Assembly (NCBI GenBank): GCA_000934665.2
Contig: KZ538173.1
Span: 62,001 to 108,180, forward strand
DNA: 46,180 nucleotides
Source: Catajapyx aquilonaris
Taxonomy: Eukaryota
Direction: 5' to 3'
Shown here one piece after another: positions 41,501-46,180 of this stretch (position 1 is its first letter; each line of letters begins with the position of its first letter). The notes beneath the pieces are model-generated. The model searched no databases, was not told where the DNA came from, and saw only the letters and a list, made by a program, of their open reading frames with translations. The position numbers and the translations under genes were made by a program.

Positions 41501-43082
41501 AATTAAGCGGTTCAAGCTTTGGGATAGCGAGGGCAGTAAAGGGGCGCTCGTAAATAGAGCGCTAATCTTGACGTCAACTGTATGTTCAGGTCATTTCGTG
41601 CCACAACGATTTAGTTTATCAAGGGACACACTATTCAGTTTAACGGTTAATGTGACGACAAGGACTTCCACGACCACTGAGTCATACCGGATTAGTCACT
41701 CTTTAAAAGAGATGTGCTCTGGGTCAATTTAATTTTAAATTTTAAAGAATGTAGCATCACATTGCAGATCCGACTTTTTGTTACTTAGACCTCGTAGAAC
41801 CTAGAGAATATTGTGTCTTTACTGGTAAAATTTATACCTTGAAGTCCTTCGACTCTTTCTGTTGCAAACCCTACCAACTTCAACACCTAAAGCTCCATTC
41901 TGTAGATCAAAAATGGTGCGAGAATCGCAGAAATCACCTTGGGAAAAGAAGATTGAGAGCCATTCGGGCGTGTCTAGAGGTCCCTGAACACATCTTCCGT
42001 TGGGCAGCTGCGAGGTCTGGTGCCCGGATATTCGTCGAACCAAATCCACGGAAACTGGTGCCGCAGACCTTCTTCATCCCTATCTCTTCAACATGATCCA
42101 AGTGACCAAAAGGATTGGCTCCGCTCGATTGCAGAACTGGGACAAGTTATACCGAAAAATACGTGGTGTCGATAGATAAAATTGGACCAAAGTTGAGCCC
42201 GGAAAAGTCTTGTATTTTCACAGGAGGGGTAAAATGGTGGTTTAATGAAAGCGACGTTTTTATAGCTTAATGTGCAGGAGGTATGAAAACGTCACATTCG
42301 GTATAAAAGTCACGTTATGAAGCAGGAAGTGGTTGGGAGCCACACAAAAAAATGACCATGGACACTTTTCAACCTCGTAAAACACCATAACATGGTTATT
42401 ACCGGTTGCTCATTCTGTTGTAAAAGCTGAAAATAATATTTCAACTGCCACTCGGCCGAGCCTCAATCCAGTTCCATTTGCGCCGTTAACTGGCACTTTT
42501 ATTCTTCGTCCCAAAAATTTACTTAATGAGAGGTACTAAACCGAATGGATGAAATGGAGCCGGGGCATACGCCAATAATTTTTTTAAACAAAAAGGCCAT
42601 ATAAAGTATGAATATACATACCTTAACTGATGAAAAGCAGACATTGAGAGTTTCTTAAGTCAGTATTGCTTCACATTCAAGTTTCAACTGAATAATTTTC
42701 TCGAGTCTTCCACCACCGTCAGGAAAACCTCCATTGTGGCACAGAGGCACTGCCAGTTAGGGACCAAGTTTCCTGAACGCAAAATTTCTCCTTTCCTGGA
42801 GATTTATACCTAGCTGGAAATGCTTCCTTCCGTCCTTATTTCCCGGAACGTGTATGAAATTTTGCGCCCGAAATGAGAACTTCAACAAGAACAGTCAGCA
42901 GGAAGCATGAGACTCTATTCACTATTTCTCCCACGAGACCAAGCTGCTTGAAATTCTAAATAAGGTACTGTCTTGCGGCATGCAGCATACGGTATCTAGT
43001 GCCGGGGTGTTATTACAAAGAGTATCCATTACATACATTTTCTCAGAAATCGTGAGATACATGGTCGCAGTTGTACTACTTA

Positions 43083-43199
43083 TAGTCCGTTAAACCAACG
43101 AACTATCTGACGTCAGTCGGCCCCGCCCAGAATCGCCCCGCGCATGCTCATAAAACATGGCTGGTGTGACGTCAGATCGTTCTTTCGCTTCAAGGACTG
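43083..43199 (+). mobile_element. MITE copy B (117 bp), same family as copy A, TA target-site duplication
   Basis: 43083-43105 tagtccgttaaaccaacgaacta matches revcomp 10241-10263 at 22/23. The 3' half gctcataaaacatggctggtgtgacgtcagatcgttcttt...ggactg aligns with revcomp 10099-10152. TA flanks at 43081-43082 and 43200-43201. Shorter internally than copy A. Confidence 0.82.
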
Positions 43200-44852
43200 T
43201 AGAACAGCGTGGATGACGCCTTTTTCACATAACAATTTGATATTGCTACTCTAGAAGGTGACATTATAGTATATGACCAGCTTCCACCGTGCAGGAAAAT
43301 GTCATTTCCCATCGTCAGTATTCCAAGACGCAAATCTTGATATTCTCATTTGTACCCAGGCAGACTCTCAGAGCTTGAGATTACATCTTCCGCAAGCAGC
43401 AAAGCACTGACGTTTATTCCCATTTTTCAACTCTCAGCTAACAAACGTGTCCAATATTTCGCAACAGGGGCATGCCATTTGGCCACACCTGTGGCTGCCG
43501 TTACAACAGCCCTTTCAACAGTTTCCATCAAGAGCTAGGCCCATATTCGCCAGCAGGTGGTCCCCAAAGTCACTAAAAAGCTCCGATATGTCGCGCAAGA
43601 ATTGGACATTATCTTTTAATCCCCTTTACAGTCAGCTCACAAAACTTGAAGATATGTTTGCATAAGGATTTCTTCCTAATGGCCAGGCTCTCAAACCTTT
43701 TACTCGAAGGATCCTGTCGAATTTTCCTCGTGTCTGAAGATGTCTCATCAGAGCCCAGACTCACCTTTCATGTTCATTGCAGTCGTTAAGGTTCCGTAAC
43801 TCATCTTGCAAGCTCTTCCTCCCGCCGCACTAATGCCACTTTTTAGCCCTTGATGGCACCAATTTGTAATGACAAATGAGGATTGGGGTGAGAAAGGGCT
43901 TCGTGTTTGTTTCCATACCCTGGAATTTCATCGTCTTGACCTACTTTCCGAACAACATCTTGCGTATCCATCCGGAGCGGTTCCAAAACCCTGACAAATC
44001 GCTTGTCAGGTTTCAATGCACGGATTCCAGGGTTACAGATGATCATGCCGGAGTGGGATCTAAGTTTGGATCCGATCGAAAAAAGTGGGGGGTAGATGAC
44101 AGGGCCGATTGATGTGGAGTAAACCAGGCGAGTAGTGAAAATAGTACTACATAGAGTAGAACTGTACTCTTATGGCGTGAAGGTTGAGTGTGTGACGATT
44201 GATGAAATGTAGTTGACATTGGAAGAAGGTTAAGATGAAGCTACAAAGTCACACCATTTAGGATTAGTCGAAAAATAAAATGCAGTTTGCAAATCCAAAC
44301 CAGCTGTATTTTTGTAGGTGAAATCTTATACAATTATTGAGAATTGAGAGGAAGTAATATTTTGAATATTGGTAAAAATCATCTGCGATAGGAATTCACG
44401 GTTTATAAATGGGTGTAAGGAGTGCGAAAATTATAAATTCATTCGTATTTAATATCTTTCATATCCTTTATTCTTTTTGAAGTTCACTAGAACACGAGGT
44501 GCTAATCCCATTTCATTCTTCCGCCTCAGGGATCCACATTGGCTCAAATGAAAAATGAAACACAGGTCGATCGAGGTCGGTTCAGGTGCAGTTGATATGC
44601 GCTGACTGGTAAGGAATTTATCGTAATTTACACATCGATATTTAGTCATCATAATTACAAGTAGGCAAATTCCTTGTTCTAACTTTTACAGACAAAAAAT
44701 TGCATGAAATCATATTCGTACTTCTCAGGCAGTTCCCATCATATTTTTTAAATACTATTTCATATTAGAGAACGCGAAAGAACACCAGTTACAACCTACA
44801 AATAGATCTCCAAAGTATACAGTATTTTGAATATTTTCTTTTAATGCATTAT

Positions 44853-45030
44853 CAAGCTTGACAATCCTCTTACCGAAATGCTTGGGACTGGAAGTGTTTC
44901 GGATTTCGGAATTTGTATATTTGCAACCCTAAAATGCGAAGGTTTTTTTGTGGGATAAATGCCCGTATAGTACACGATATCCATATTCATATACTGAATT
45001 TGCATATGTTTCAACAAATAATTTTGCACC
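44853..45030 (+). mobile_element. pogo/Tigger-family (Tigger4/Zombi-like) terminal remnant
   Basis: ccgaaatgcttgggactggaagtgtttcggatttcgga...atatttgca (44873-44925) closely resembles my recollection of the Tigger4/MER46 5' end, with a decayed TIR upstream (caagcttgacaatcctctta). No partner TIR seen. Similarity is from memory, not from a search. Confidence 0.6.
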
Positions 45031-46180
45031 TTCGAGATTCTGAAACTGCGTGAAATTGTCATGTAACACTTGTACAGTACATTCGTGTTGTTGGTCCTGT
45101 GCTCTTCTGAGGCAGTTGGCAGGATTTTGGATGGATGACAGCGTAGTCCTTCAGGGCAGGAGGATATATATTATAATCTCTTTTTCCAGTTTGCACTAGA
45201 CCCTCGCACCACACTCAAAGAAGTGCCCAACGCCACATTTCCGCAAGGAAGGAAATGACAGGCAGAAAAGCAGTGTGTGGTTGCCAGAAAGCTCTATTGG
45301 TTTGTCCACTGGCGTCATGCAGTTGCACGCGCGGTTCTTGTTTTTGTGGTTGTTGAGCGGTGCACAGGCGCAGGCGTTTCCTACCCTTGCATGAGGCCTT
45401 TTCACCGGAAATACCAACAGGCAGCTCAAGTTCAGTTATGAGTACTGCTCATATAGAAACGAAAGCCGGTTTTAAAAGTTGCTGGCCAGTGGGGGTTATT
45501 CTCGCGCGATTCACGGGATGAAGTTCAAATTTAGGGTCAATTTTGCCATAGCTATACTCGCTATAATACGTGCTAATAATATGTACAGTACTGTACAGTA
45601 CTGAATAATCCGGAATAAGCACTGCCCCATAACACCCCGACAATACCTACTGCTTATGCAGTACCTGCTACTGTAGCTTAATAATCCAGAACAGGCCCAT
45701 AACTGCTCCTGATGACCTGACCCGAGGGTAAGATGCCCAGAGGACGATGTCGGCCTACTTAAAATGTTGTGTGGCTAACACGTTATCTCACATCACATCC
45801 AGCTACTGTTATCAACTGGTGATCCGCATATAGTAAGCCGACTAGACTTGCATACTATTGTCGGATAACGCCGTGCATATTTTCAAAATGACCTTTGAGC
45901 CATGGTTTCCAAATGATAGTCCGTGACCTACCTCCCAATATGCGGGCTGCATATTTCTCGTGGAATCCTACATAGAACTTCAAATAAATATGCCTTCCCT
46001 TGCCAGCGGCAGTCATTTGGGGGTCATACCGGAAGCCTAGCTGTTGTGCATTATATGTTAATCTTGTTTCCGAGCTCAGCTGACAGTGGATCTTTTGTGC
46101 ACACAGAGCTATAGACACTCCAGTTAGCACCCCAAAAAATTCAAACCTTCCGTTACTAGTAACTCGCTCATAAACCGCCT

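Noticed and set aside
1..46180. CRISPR array, operon-like system, rRNA or intact transposase
   Set aside because: No regularly spaced repeats, no long ORFs and no rRNA motifs; the spliceosomal introns show the DNA is eukaryotic

Overview
Eukaryotic, almost certainly arthropod, genomic DNA that is AT-rich and mostly non-coding. The ORF track consists almost entirely of short chance ORFs. One protein-coding gene is well supported: a three-exon + strand gene, join(28795..28806,28896..28982,29537..29818), with a TATA box. It encodes a 126-aa secreted Val/Lys/Pro/Ile-rich protein with K-x-V-P-V-[YIV] repeats, most likely a non-R&R low-complexity cuticular protein. The other supportable structure is transposon-derived or palindromic. 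It includes a 786-bp non-autonomous DNA element (about 80-bp TIRs, exact 8-bp TSD) with a 165-bp MITE nested inside it, a second 117-bp copy of that MITE 33 kb away carrying two perfect CRE sites, and a pogo/Tigger4-like terminal remnant. There is also a cluster of three adjacent perfect hairpins at 18341-18484, the largest with 35-bp arms. I see no evidence of a new multi-gene system, CRISPR array, rRNA or intact tRNA. All calls were made by eye without database searches.
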